This document shows, piece after piece, positions 39,101 to 48,568 of a stretch of DNA of 64,000 nucleotides. Within the stretch, counting starts at the first letter, position 1, and each line of letters starts with the position of its first letter. The stretch is from an uncultured Gammaproteobacteria bacterium. Its GTDB lineage: Bacteria; Patescibacteriota; Microgenomatia; CAZETR01; Amesbacteraceae. Both the position numbers and the translations under genes were made by a program. The stretch lies in assembly GCA_964518565.1 (NCBI GenBank), contig CAZFGX010000001.1:524470-588469 (forward strand). The letters run 5' to 3'. The notes under the pieces were generated by a model, which saw only the letters and a list, made by a program, of their open reading frames with translations, was not told the DNA's origin and did not search any database.

Positions 39101-40459
39101 ATGTACCAACTGCCGATTGCCTTTGTCGATATAGAAACAACAGGCATGAACCCTGTAAACGACCGAATAGTCGAAGTAGCAATTATTCGGGTCGAACCAG
39201 ATGGAACCATCCAAGAGTATGAGACTCTTATCGATCCCGATGTCTCGCTTAGTCCAGAATTGTCTGCCATACACGGCATTACAGATCAACTACTTCATGA
39301 GGCTCCCACATTTAGATCAGTAGCAGAAAACATACATGAAATGTTAGACGGCGCTATATTTGCCGCCCATAATGCCAGATTTGATTATGGCTTTCTCAAA
39401 CAATCGTTCAAAAGAATTCAAGCACCGTTTAATCATCCGTATATTGATACAGTAAAAATTTCTCGATGGTTATACCCCCAATATCATCGTCACGGAGTCG
39501 ACGCATTAATATCAAGACTTGGCCTGGTCGTAGAAAACAGACATCGTGCTATGCCAGACGCTAATGTGTTGTATAAATTTTTTCAAAAAATTCTCATAGA
39601 CCATCAACCAGAAGTATTAGACGATTTAATCAAAAGAGCCTTAACCAAGCCAATGTTACCGGCTAACATTTCTCATTCGATGTTTGAAAATTTGCCAGAA
39701 AATTGTGGCATATATATCATGTACGATCAATCAAATACCCCTATATATATCGGTAAAAGCAAAAATATTCGTGCACGAGTACTACAACACTTTAGCAATG
39801 ATATGAATTCTGCCAAGGAGCGAAAACTTTCCGCACACGTTAGATCAATTAATCACATTCAAACCGCTGGTGAAATTGGCGCATTGTTATTAGAATCTCA
39901 AATGATCAAAAAACATCTGCCTATTTTCAATCGCATGCTTCGTCAAAGTCACACACTAACCATGTTAGTTCTTGATACATCTCTTGCCTACCATCGTCTC
40001 CAAATAGACCAAGTAAAAAACATTCACCTCTACGATCCAAAACAAATTATGGCAATTTGCAAATCTCAACGTCAAGCAAAGCAACTAATTATTTCTACAG
40101 CCCAAGAATACAAACTCTGTCAAAAAATCCTTGGCGTTGAAAAAAGTCAAAACAGCTGCTTCGGCTATCAGATCGATAAATGTAAAGGCGCATGTATAAA
40201 TAAGGAATCACCAGAATTGCATAATTTACGATTAGAGCTTGCCTTCACAAAAACCAAAATTAAATCTTGGCCATTTGAAAATCAAAAATTAATTACAGAA
40301 AAAAACCTTCTTACAGGCCAAACTGATATATTCACAATCAACAATTGGGTGATTGTTAAAAAAACTTCTCATGTCCAAGAAGAACAAATCTCTTCTGTAG
40401 AATTTGAACAATTTTTTGATTACGATACATACAAAATTCTCCTAAAGGCAATCCTGTGA
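39101..40459 (+). CDS. DnaQ-like 3'-5' exonuclease fused to a GIY-YIG nuclease domain
   Basis: Exo I 'FVDIETTG' and Exo II/III 'AAHNARFDYGFL...H....D' in the N-terminal half. GIY-YIG 'CGIYIMYD...PIYIGKSKNIRARVLQH' in the middle. Confidence 0.75.
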   Translation: MYQLPIAFVDIETTGMNPVNDRIVEVAIIRVEPDGTIQEYETLIDPDVSLSPELSAIHGITDQLLHEAPTFRSVAENIHEMLDGAIFAAHNARFDYGFLKQSFKRIQAPFNHPYIDTVKISRWLYPQYHRHGVDALISRLGLVVENRHRAMPDANVLYKFFQKILIDHQPEVLDDLIKRALTKPMLPANISHSMFENLPENCGIYIMYDQSNTPIYIGKSKNIRARVLQHFSNDMNSAKERKLSAHVRSINHIQTAGEIGALLLESQMIKKHLPIFNRMLRQSHTLTMLVLDTSLAYHRLQIDQVKNIHLYDPKQIMAICKSQRQAKQLIISTAQEYKLCQKILGVEKSQNSCFGYQIDKCKGACINKESPELHNLRLELAFTKTKIKSWPFENQKLITEKNLLTGQTDIFTINNWVIVKKTSHVQEEQISSVEFEQFFDYDTYKILLKAIL

Positions 40460-40472
40460 TAAATTTAGTCAA

Positions 40473-42134
40473 ATGAAGCGATTAGTATACCCAATAATTT
40501 TATTGTTTATTCTTCTCACCAGCTCTTTGCACCATTTTTATCCAGACGAATTTGAAAATATTCTGGGAGCAAAAAATGTTCTTTCTGGTCGTTTGCCCTA
40601 CACAGGTTTTTTTACTCAACACAATCCACTACCGTATATTGCGGCAGTTCCGTTATATATTATGGCAAACGGCAGCTTTCCCAGGTTTCGTCTATTGTAT
40701 GCCGTATTAATTTTTGGTCTGTATATTTGGCTAACAAAATGGGGTTACAAATTTGTCGGCAAAAAATTTGGTCGTACGATTAGTATCCTTACAATCTTAC
40801 TAGCAGTTGGCTCTACGTTTGATTGGACCCATATGTATATTGCTGATTCTATATCAGCCCTCTTGTTATTACCTGGTTATCTGATCTTAATTTCATCACT
40901 AATTCGCACTTCACCATTAACCCCCCATCAACATAAAATCATCGCACTATCCGCTACAGCCACACTTTGGACATCATTGACTCAAATATATACGGTAGCC
41001 ATTCTTGTAAGCGTGAGCTTGCTGCATACCTGGAAATCAGAGAGATCCTTTAGTCAAATAAAACGTTATATCCTTTATTTATCACTGCCAATTTTCTATC
41101 TCCTAATTACTGGCAGTTTAAAACAATTTTATCTTCAGTCTATCCATTTCAATGTCGCATATTATGCATATCTACCTGACAATATTTCTACCCACAACCC
41201 ACTGAGAATTGCAGTAGTAATTTTGGTTCATTTTTTCCAACAATTTAAGACTTCATTACTCATGACAAAAGATTTGAATATCGGGTTCCCTTACATTGTC
41301 ACATTGGCGCTAGCAAATTTTTCTCTTCTTGCGTATGCGATATATAAAAAAAGATATTTAGCAGCAGTGGCGCTTTGGCTCCTACTTAGTTTTTCCTGTG
41401 CCAGAGCTGACCCCTACACCACAACAGAAACAGATTACCAAGCAGCGGTATACCACATACTATCAATTACAAATTTGTTTTTGTCTCTATATTTTTGGCT
41501 GTTTCATAGCAAGAAAAATCTTTTATCTCAATCACTAATTCTTATCACTGCAATATATACACTTGCCTTAAGCATATTTTTGACCGATAAATGGCTAGAC
41601 AAGAGCTACACAAAATACATGGGGACTCAACCACTTATTTATGACCGACCTGCAATTGCAAATTTTGTAAACGATTATGTATCCAAAAAACAAACATATT
41701 TCTTAGGCCCATTTGATCCTCAAGAACATTTATATATAAATCGCACACCAGCATCCAGATATCAAATGATTTTACCTGGAATGGATAAAGACCAAACTAT
41801 GCAAAACCAAATTATTCAGGATATTCAAACCAATAAGCCGGCTCTTGTAATATTTGATACCGAACAACGGCTATACAGCATGAAACCTGGGGAATTTTTG
41901 ACGAAATATATTTTTGACAATTATCAAAATTTAGATCAAATTGGCACGCCGTGCAATGGCTGGATCGCCAGCACCAAATGGTATGGTCATTTCGACGCCG
42001 AACGACATATTTTTTATCCAAAACAAGATAACAATAAATTATTACAGTCCCTTGCCGACAAAAAAATAATCCAAAAAATTTCTCCTGAAGAAATCAAAAA
42101 AATACCTCGATGTAATCAAACTAAAAACAGCTAA
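40473..42134 (+). CDS. large polytopic membrane protein, possible GT-C-type glycosyltransferase
   Basis: 553 aa with >10 TM segments plus a C-terminal soluble domain. No firm motif. Confidence 0.4.
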   Translation: MKRLVYPIILLFILLTSSLHHFYPDEFENILGAKNVLSGRLPYTGFFTQHNPLPYIAAVPLYIMANGSFPRFRLLYAVLIFGLYIWLTKWGYKFVGKKFGRTISILTILLAVGSTFDWTHMYIADSISALLLLPGYLILISSLIRTSPLTPHQHKIIALSATATLWTSLTQIYTVAILVSVSLLHTWKSERSFSQIKRYILYLSLPIFYLLITGSLKQFYLQSIHFNVAYYAYLPDNISTHNPLRIAVVILVHFFQQFKTSLLMTKDLNIGFPYIVTLALANFSLLAYAIYKKRYLAAVALWLLLSFSCARADPYTTTETDYQAAVYHILSITNLFLSLYFWLFHSKKNLLSQSLILITAIYTLALSIFLTDKWLDKSYTKYMGTQPLIYDRPAIANFVNDYVSKKQTYFLGPFDPQEHLYINRTPASRYQMILPGMDKDQTMQNQIIQDIQTNKPALVIFDTEQRLYSMKPGEFLTKYIFDNYQNLDQIGTPCNGWIASTKWYGHFDAERHIFYPKQDNNKLLQSLADKKIIQKISPEEIKKIPRCNQTKNS

Positions 42135-43600
42135 TACAATCCCACATATTGTTTTGGTATAAAAAAGCGCCACAAAATCGGCAATCGAATGTCCGATAGT
42201 GGAGTTCCTACTTGAATTGGACAAGTAATACTTTCGCAAGTAATCGGGAACACGCTGTATATATATCTCGCGTTCAAATACAACCCCACCATTAATACCC
42301 CAACCAATACAGCACGAGATACATATATAGCAGTGTAAGAAGGTTTAATAGTCAGCCAAATAAATGGCACCATCAATAAACCAAAAACGACTTTAAATGT
42401 ATATGTATCTGTCGTAGCCATAAAGGCATTATGGACAAAAAAACGAGATGACAACCACATACCCACTGCCATAAACCCGGTCAGTAAATTAGGCGATTTA
42501 ATTGATTGAACCAAACCAATACTTCCCAAAAAGGCCAACAGAGGAAATACTGGATATCTGTACCAAGCCAATGGATCTTGCTCCCCAGAAGACATCACTA
42601 CTACTCCAAACCAAAAAACAATTGCCCATACTAAATATGCGATCCGTTTATCCTTATAAGAATTTACCCCCACAATAAAGCTCATAAACAATAAATATAC
42701 ATACCAACCATCAAATACTGGCTCATTGCTCGTACTATAAAGCGGTGTAGAAAACACATACCCCAAAGACGACCAACCCGAAGGCCGAAATCCTTGTATA
42801 CGTAGAATCTCCCAAGCTTTCTGTCCTCCAAAATGCGTATAGTAACCCAAAAGACCAACCACAAAGGGAACAACGATCAACAGTGTCAGCAAACCTTTTT
42901 TAACTTGATTTCGTATTATAAATATAAACGCAAAAAAACCTGCGATAAAAAAGCCAGTAGGTTTCATAAGCCCTGCCAAGCCTGCCAAGACACCCAAACC
43001 TATCGGCAAGAAATACTTCCATCTACCAATGTGACGCGATTCCAAATTTGACAACAAAAACAACCCCAAAACATACAAAAAACTAATACCATTTTCTGGC
43101 AAAGATAAACGTGAACCAAATAAAAATATTGGCGTCAGAGTATAAATTGTTGCAACCAATAACCCCATCTTTGTTCCATACCAACGACGAGCCCAAAAAA
43201 ACAATAACAAAGTCGTGGCAAACCCAAAAAAAATTGCCGGTATTCGAATATGGCTCGCTGGTAAAATTGTCCAAGTTGGATCGTTGTACCAATAAGCCAT
43301 GCTACCGGCTAATAGCGAATACAGAGGTGGTTCATCCAACCACGGTTTATACATTTTTACACCAATTTGAATTTGTGTCCCCTTCCCCATCACCCCATCA
43401 AAGGCAATCCATGACGATGGGTATGCTTTATGTCCAGTCCACCCCAACGGTTGGCCTTCTCGGATCAAATTTACACCAGCCCAGCCATAATTTAACTCAT
43501 CTGCATGACCCGGAAACGGATAACGACCATAATCGTGAGCTCTAAAAATAAATAAAACTGCCAAACAAAGAACTATAGTTGTCCAATAAATGACTTTCAT
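42131..43600 (-). CDS. GT39/ArnT-like (PMT_2) membrane glycosyltransferase
   Basis: N-terminal 'DELNYGWAGVNLIREG' loop after TM1 and ~11 TM segments resemble dolichyl/undecaprenyl-phosphate-sugar transferases. Confidence 0.6.
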   Translation of the reverse strand: MKVIYWTTIVLCLAVLFIFRAHDYGRYPFPGHADELNYGWAGVNLIREGQPLGWTGHKAYPSSWIAFDGVMGKGTQIQIGVKMYKPWLDEPPLYSLLAGSMAYWYNDPTWTILPASHIRIPAIFFGFATTLLLFFWARRWYGTKMGLLVATIYTLTPIFLFGSRLSLPENGISFLYVLGLFLLSNLESRHIGRWKYFLPIGLGVLAGLAGLMKPTGFFIAGFFAFIFIIRNQVKKGLLTLLIVVPFVVGLLGYYTHFGGQKAWEILRIQGFRPSGWSSLGYVFSTPLYSTSNEPVFDGWYVYLLFMSFIVGVNSYKDKRIAYLVWAIVFWFGVVVMSSGEQDPLAWYRYPVFPLLAFLGSIGLVQSIKSPNLLTGFMAVGMWLSSRFFVHNAFMATTDTYTFKVVFGLLMVPFIWLTIKPSYTAIYVSRAVLVGVLMVGLYLNARYIYSVFPITCESITCPIQVGTPLSDIRLPILWRFFIPKQYVGLY

Positions 43601-44469
43601 ATTTTTTTCCTAAAAATAAATATACCGAAAATACTGACAATTCCAACAGTTATCAAAACCAACAATTTTTTACCTTTCGCCAAACCTCCTGTAGAAAGTT
43701 GTTTTTGATCATTAGTCAAAGCAGGTGTAACAATCGGTACCAAGCTCTTATCCATCATCATGACATATGCGTCAGAAATAAATCCTTGTTTATCAGTCAC
43801 TCTCAACAATACTGAAACAATAGACAAACCTCCAGGAAATTGTTTAGACGGATATTCGTGACTCACTCTTTGACCATAAACCGCCGGTGTTGTGTCTCCA
43901 AAATCCCAAAAATACGATTCACCTACAGAACCAACAGACTCAAATTGAACAGGAGAATTCAAATCTACATACACCATTCCACTTACGCTGTCTGGCAATT
44001 GGCCATTAATTTTAATCGCAGATTTAGGCAATACATAATCATCACTCGGCAAGATGTGAATCAGTACAGATTGAAACAACTGCGGTGTTGGTAACTCAGA
44101 TGAATCTATTTTCACAGTGAGTGTATAAGATCCAGGTTTGGTGTATACATGGTTCATGCTAGTACCAATTGCACTTTTACCATCCCCAAAATCCCATAAA
44201 AATGTAGTTTTTTTCAACACTTCTGGCGAAATTCCCAGTACAGCAAAATCTATTTGAAAATTCAATTGCTCTCCAACAGGAAAGGGTGTGTGAGCCAAAT
44301 CCTGGGGCAAAACAAAATCAGCTACAGAACTCGAAGGCACAGGATAAAGATCGCTATATACACCATTGATTTTGAAAAACGGCGGTTGACCAGCCACATG
44401 TGCCAATACTACTCCGCTTAAAAAAGCGGAGTAGTAAAAAAATAAACACAATGCAACAAAAAATTTCAT
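43597..44469 (-). CDS. secreted protein with two PKD-like domains, C-terminal TM anchor
   Basis: 'WDFGDGKSAIGTSMNHVYTKPGSYTLTVKID' and 'WDFGDTTPAVYGQRVSHEY' are PKD motifs. Confidence 0.6.
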   Translation of the reverse strand: MKFFVALCLFFYYSAFLSGVVLAHVAGQPPFFKINGVYSDLYPVPSSSVADFVLPQDLAHTPFPVGEQLNFQIDFAVLGISPEVLKKTTFLWDFGDGKSAIGTSMNHVYTKPGSYTLTVKIDSSELPTPQLFQSVLIHILPSDDYVLPKSAIKINGQLPDSVSGMVYVDLNSPVQFESVGSVGESYFWDFGDTTPAVYGQRVSHEYPSKQFPGGLSIVSVLLRVTDKQGFISDAYVMMMDKSLVPIVTPALTNDQKQLSTGGLAKGKKLLVLITVGIVSIFGIFIFRKKI

Positions 44470-45065
44470 GCAGTTTTACGAGAAAAAAGTTGCATCGATA
44501 TAGCAAATGCTGACATGGCTAAAGCAGCAATAGATAATAAATTCACCCGATCATTAGCCGCATCAGCTGCCGTAGGCTTAGGCGTCAAATCATCTATAAC
44601 GCTTGTTGTAGAAAATGGTCCAATTGATTTATCTGATTCATCAAATTCTGCTTCCGACTTGTCCCATGAAACAACACTACCGTCCTGATACGTTTGGTAC
44701 GCTTTCCAGATAATATCAGTTTCCTTGGCTGGAACTTTTGCCGAAAAAGCAAACTCATCTCGTTGACCAGTTGGAATTACACCGCCAGACCATAAGATTT
44801 CCATGGTGCCACCATCTAGTTTTTTAGTTGAAATTTTCCAACCCTGCTTAACATTTGGCATAACTGAACTTAAATCAGCCGGAACCACCAAACGCACTGC
44901 CACTGTAGAAATTTCTTTTTCTACAGGTACTGCGACAGTAAATGTTTGCCGCGAGCCAACAGCCACTTCACTAGGTTTTACTACGACATGTGCAAAAGCA
45001 GATTGAGCAAAAACATGAACCAAACACAATATGCCTAAAAATGAAAAAATAATTCGTAACTTCAT
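44466..45065 (-). CDS. YcnI-like (DUF1775) copper-binding protein
   Basis: The mature N-terminus begins 'HVVVKPSEVAVGSRQTFTVAVP' (His-1 brace). A C-terminal TM anchor is present. Confidence 0.55.
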   Translation of the reverse strand: MKLRIIFSFLGILCLVHVFAQSAFAHVVVKPSEVAVGSRQTFTVAVPVEKEISTVAVRLVVPADLSSVMPNVKQGWKISTKKLDGGTMEILWSGGVIPTGQRDEFAFSAKVPAKETDIIWKAYQTYQDGSVVSWDKSEAEFDESDKSIGPFSTTSVIDDLTPKPTAADAANDRVNLLSIAALAMSAFAISMQLFSRKTA

Positions 45066-45069
45066 AAAA

Positions 45070-45516
45070 TCACCTCCTTAAAAATAAGTGTGACACCCAT
45101 TCTACAATTCTTTGCCACAAACTAACAGACGTTGGCGACCCACTTTCTTCACGACTCACACGTACAGAATATGTCAATAAAAAATCAGGCTTTTTTCCCG
45201 CAACCCTAATTTCATACACCCCTTTCTTATCAAAGACATATTCCACTCCATTTTCAGAAAAATTATCAGCATATAGTTCACCATTGTCGCGCCAAATAGA
45301 TAGTTGGCAACCACAAGTCTCCCAATCAAATAATCCAGACGTATCTTTAATTTCTACAAAAAAACGTGTCGGCTCTCCTACAATTGGATTGTCATCCGGG
45401 CTAATATGTAGTACTCCCCCAACTGTATTACTCGTCTCCAATACATGTGCCTCAACAAGAATTGGCGAAACAATAATAAAAAAAATACTGCACAAAGAAA
45501 ACAAAACAAACTTCAT
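45070..45516 (-). CDS. secreted hypothetical protein, possibly CopC-like
   Basis: Signal peptide followed by 'AHVLETS...' His-first mature end. Weak evidence. Confidence 0.35.
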   Translation of the reverse strand: MKFVLFSLCSIFFIIVSPILVEAHVLETSNTVGGVLHISPDDNPIVGEPTRFFVEIKDTSGLFDWETCGCQLSIWRDNGELYADNFSENGVEYVFDKKGVYEIRVAGKKPDFLLTYSVRVSREESGSPTSVSLWQRIVEWVSHLFLRR

Positions 45517-46916
45517 GGTTCTACTTTGATTAAATAACGACTAACTGTCAAGGTTCCACGAGGCATAAACTGACCAAAAACAGCATAAACCCCGGGTTGT
45601 ATGGGAGAATATAAACCAATTGGCAAAAATTCTATATCTGGACCACCTCTATCAGAAGACAATAAACGTTGACTTATTTTAGGATGGATATGTGTATATT
45701 CAAACGTTTGCGTGTTAATCATGACCAAATGTCCATATGCACCCAAGTATGGGTGGAGGTCCTGAAACAACTCAGAGGAATTGGTTTGAGAAAAATGAAA
45801 CCGCAACAATTGCTGACCAATTGACATTTTTTTTGCGGACAGTGTCTCGTCAGTCTCCAGAGAAATTTTTAAGTCACCAAATACTTGTTCATAATTACTG
45901 TCGTGGACAAAACTTTTCTGCGAATTATCCGACCCTGAACCCACCAAGAGGGTAAAACCAAATTGTTGCTCATTTTTCTCACCAACAGGTGTGAAATCTA
46001 TATATATGTGATACAAATCAGATTTTGGAAATTGAGTAGAAATTTCGAATTCCCCATCACCCAAATATTCTGGATGAATATGTGAAAAATATTTCAACGA
46101 TGAATCAACAATAATCACGTGCATCAGTTTTTCGTAAGCATAATTAAATAATTGAACCCGATAACCACTACTTGCATCATTTACTACAAAACGAAGTGTA
46201 GAAGTCTTATTTGGTAAAACTTTTTTCTCTGGAATAAAGCTGACTGAAAATCTACGTCCAGTTATTTGCCCACTTGTAACACGTGCCACTACGTCAGAGG
46301 CCTGAGATGAATGTTGACTATGTAAAGACAACGAGCCTAGATTGTTTGATTTTGGCGCGAATAAAATCACACTTACAACAAGCAAACAAAATCCCATTAC
46401 AACTGTAACCCAACCTTTTTTATTTAACGACTGCAACAATATCCATAGCGATATAGCTAAAAACAATAGTTTTACCCCTGGCAAAGAAAAGTCAGAAAAA
46501 TGTATCCCAATAATTAATATATGTATACAGAGTATACCGAACAATAAACCTGTCAGAATTTTTGCAAAACGAGTTTTATAAAAGACTAAAATCGCCAAAA
46601 GACAAATAGCCCCTAAACCAAAAATCATAGGCCGCAGATAAGAAACTGGCAAAAATGCCAACCCTGCAAATCCATTAAATTGACCAAAAAATGCACAACT
46701 CGCATGAGCAAGAGCAAAAACCAGACACCAAAATCCCACCTGCTTTCGCCCTAGAAGGGCTTTTGGCCAAAAAACACAAATCAGCAAATAACCTAATGCC
46801 GCAAATGCATACGCCCGAGTCAAGGTAATTATTTGCAAACTTCCAGCTGGTAATACAAAAAAACTATAGACTGCCAGTAAAACAAACAATAATCCAGAAA
46901 ATAAATTAATGATCAT
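45513..46916 (-). CDS. membrane protein with duplicated extracytoplasmic 'HIHP' modules
   Basis: Six N-terminal TM segments with His/Cys in the helices. The C-terminal half carries two related modules: '...MHVIIVDSSLKYFSHIHPE' and '...GHLVMINTQTFEYTHIHPK'. Confidence 0.5.
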   Translation of the reverse strand: MIINLFSGLLFVLLAVYSFFVLPAGSLQIITLTRAYAFAALGYLLICVFWPKALLGRKQVGFWCLVFALAHASCAFFGQFNGFAGLAFLPVSYLRPMIFGLGAICLLAILVFYKTRFAKILTGLLFGILCIHILIIGIHFSDFSLPGVKLLFLAISLWILLQSLNKKGWVTVVMGFCLLVVSVILFAPKSNNLGSLSLHSQHSSQASDVVARVTSGQITGRRFSVSFIPEKKVLPNKTSTLRFVVNDASSGYRVQLFNYAYEKLMHVIIVDSSLKYFSHIHPEYLGDGEFEISTQFPKSDLYHIYIDFTPVGEKNEQQFGFTLLVGSGSDNSQKSFVHDSNYEQVFGDLKISLETDETLSAKKMSIGQQLLRFHFSQTNSSELFQDLHPYLGAYGHLVMINTQTFEYTHIHPKISQRLLSSDRGGPDIEFLPIGLYSPIQPGVYAVFGQFMPRGTLTVSRYLIKVEP

Positions 46917-47427
46917 GCTTCAAAAATTTAGAATATGTTTTAATCAATTTTTGTACTTTGGGATCAATAATCAAACTACAATATGGATTTGAAGTCCGAT
47001 TGGTGTCGTAATAGCCCTGATGATACGTTTCAGCCTGATAAAACTCACTCGCTTGAGCTAGCTGGGTCGTACAACCAGGAATAGAAGCCATATATTTCTC
47101 AGCCAAATTCTTTTGATGTTCAGTATGATAAAAAATCGCTGATCTATATTGAGTTCCTACATCGTTTCCTTGTCTGTTTAATGTTGTACTATCATGAGTC
47201 GCAAAGAAAATTTCCAACAATACAGTGTATGAAATTACTTCAGGATCATACGAAATTTGAATCGCCTCAGCATGACCTGTATTTCCACTGCACACTTGTT
47301 CATAAGTAGGATTTTTTACTTGTCCACCAATATATCCCGAAATTACAGATGTTACTCCTTCTAAACGTTCAAATATTGCTTCAGTACACCAAAAACACCC
47401 ACCCGCAAATGTAGCATATTCTGTCAT
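46906..47427 (-). CDS. msrA: peptide-methionine (S)-S-oxide reductase
   Basis: 'ATFAGGCFWCTEAIFERLEGV' and 'GYIGG'. Confidence 0.85.
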   Translation of the reverse strand: MTEYATFAGGCFWCTEAIFERLEGVTSVISGYIGGQVKNPTYEQVCSGNTGHAEAIQISYDPEVISYTVLLEIFFATHDSTTLNRQGNDVGTQYRSAIFYHTEHQKNLAEKYMASIPGCTTQLAQASEFYQAETYHQGYYDTNRTSNPYCSLIIDPKVQKLIKTYSKFLKHDH

Positions 47428-48539
47428 TTAATACTCCCTCCACGCATCCGATCCAATACTGGCGCAGCTTCAGTCTGATCTGCCCAATGAGTAGTCAAAT
47501 CCTTTGTCATTATTACTGGATAATACTGAACATCAACCAATCCAGATGAAGAAAAGACATACTTTCCCACTACTCCCTCTGTAGTCTCTTTAGACCATTG
47601 CTGATCAAAAATAAAATTACCATGCGAATATGCAATAAGTTTTCCTTTATAAAATTCCAACCCCTGAACCCAGTGAGGATGATTTCCCACAATTAAATCG
47701 GCTCCTGCATCTACAGCCAAATGTGCCAACTGCTTTTGTTGTGGTGTAGCTTTATTGGTATATTCCACACCCCAATGAAATTGAACAATCAAAAAATCCA
47801 CTCGAGATTTTGCCGTACGAATTTGAGCTCTAACATCCTCCGGATCTGCCCATGAAATACCTGCTGTGCGTGGTGGTATATCATCAAATCCCAAAAAACC
47901 AAACTTCTTTCCATTTCTTTCCATCACCACCACATCTCCCACACCAGCAACCGACATACCCGCATTTCGTAATGCAGATATTGTGCTCACTATCCCGTCT
48001 CCACCTTGGTTACCTGCATGATTATTAGCAAAATTTACTACATCGACTCCAGCAGTTTTCAAACCCTCGACATTTTCTACATCACCACAAAAAGACATAC
48101 CCACGGTAGTTACTTTACAATTAGAAGTTAGTGGTGTCTCTAAATTAATAAAAGTAATGTCTCCTGAAGCCAATTCTTTTTGTGTCTGAGCTAGAGGATA
48201 TAAACTATCATATTTCTCACGAATTTTTGCATTTACCGACCTTGCAAGCAAAACGTCTCCGGTTACTAATATTGTAGTTTCTCCAGGTTGTTTTTTAATC
48301 AATTGGTCAATTGCGCGATATTCAAGCATTGTCTCAACAGTCAAAATTCGTGGGGCAGGAGTAGCAGTAGCCACCACCTGTTGAGCAGACTGATTCTGAG
48401 TTGCAGACTGATCTATAGCTTTTTCATTTAGATTATTTTTGGTTAGCAATATCAAACTTGTCACTGAATAGCCAACCGAAAATATCACCAAACCCCAAAT
48501 CAAAACTTGCCAATAACTACGCCATAACTTTCGCATCAC
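47424..48539 (-). CDS. CapA/PGA-biosynthesis family metallophosphatase-like protein
   Basis: 'VTGDVLLARSV', 'FINLETPLT' and 'VGNHPHWVQGLEFYKGKLIAYSHGNFIFDQ'. Confidence 0.7.
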   Translation of the reverse strand: MMRKLWRSYWQVLIWGLVIFSVGYSVTSLILLTKNNLNEKAIDQSATQNQSAQQVVATATPAPRILTVETMLEYRAIDQLIKKQPGETTILVTGDVLLARSVNAKIREKYDSLYPLAQTQKELASGDITFINLETPLTSNCKVTTVGMSFCGDVENVEGLKTAGVDVVNFANNHAGNQGGDGIVSTISALRNAGMSVAGVGDVVVMERNGKKFGFLGFDDIPPRTAGISWADPEDVRAQIRTAKSRVDFLIVQFHWGVEYTNKATPQQKQLAHLAVDAGADLIVGNHPHWVQGLEFYKGKLIAYSHGNFIFDQQWSKETTEGVVGKYVFSSSGLVDVQYYPVIMTKDLTTHWADQTEAAPVLDRMRGGSIK

Positions 48540-48568
48540 TACATCATACCGAAATACACCTAGATCTG

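Noticed and set aside
40473-43600. Convergent 4-nt overlap of the 553-aa membrane protein and the GT39-like gene as a possible frameshifted single gene
   Set aside because: The genes are on opposite strands (convergent), so they cannot be fragments of one CDS. The overlap is just shared stop-codon nucleotides.
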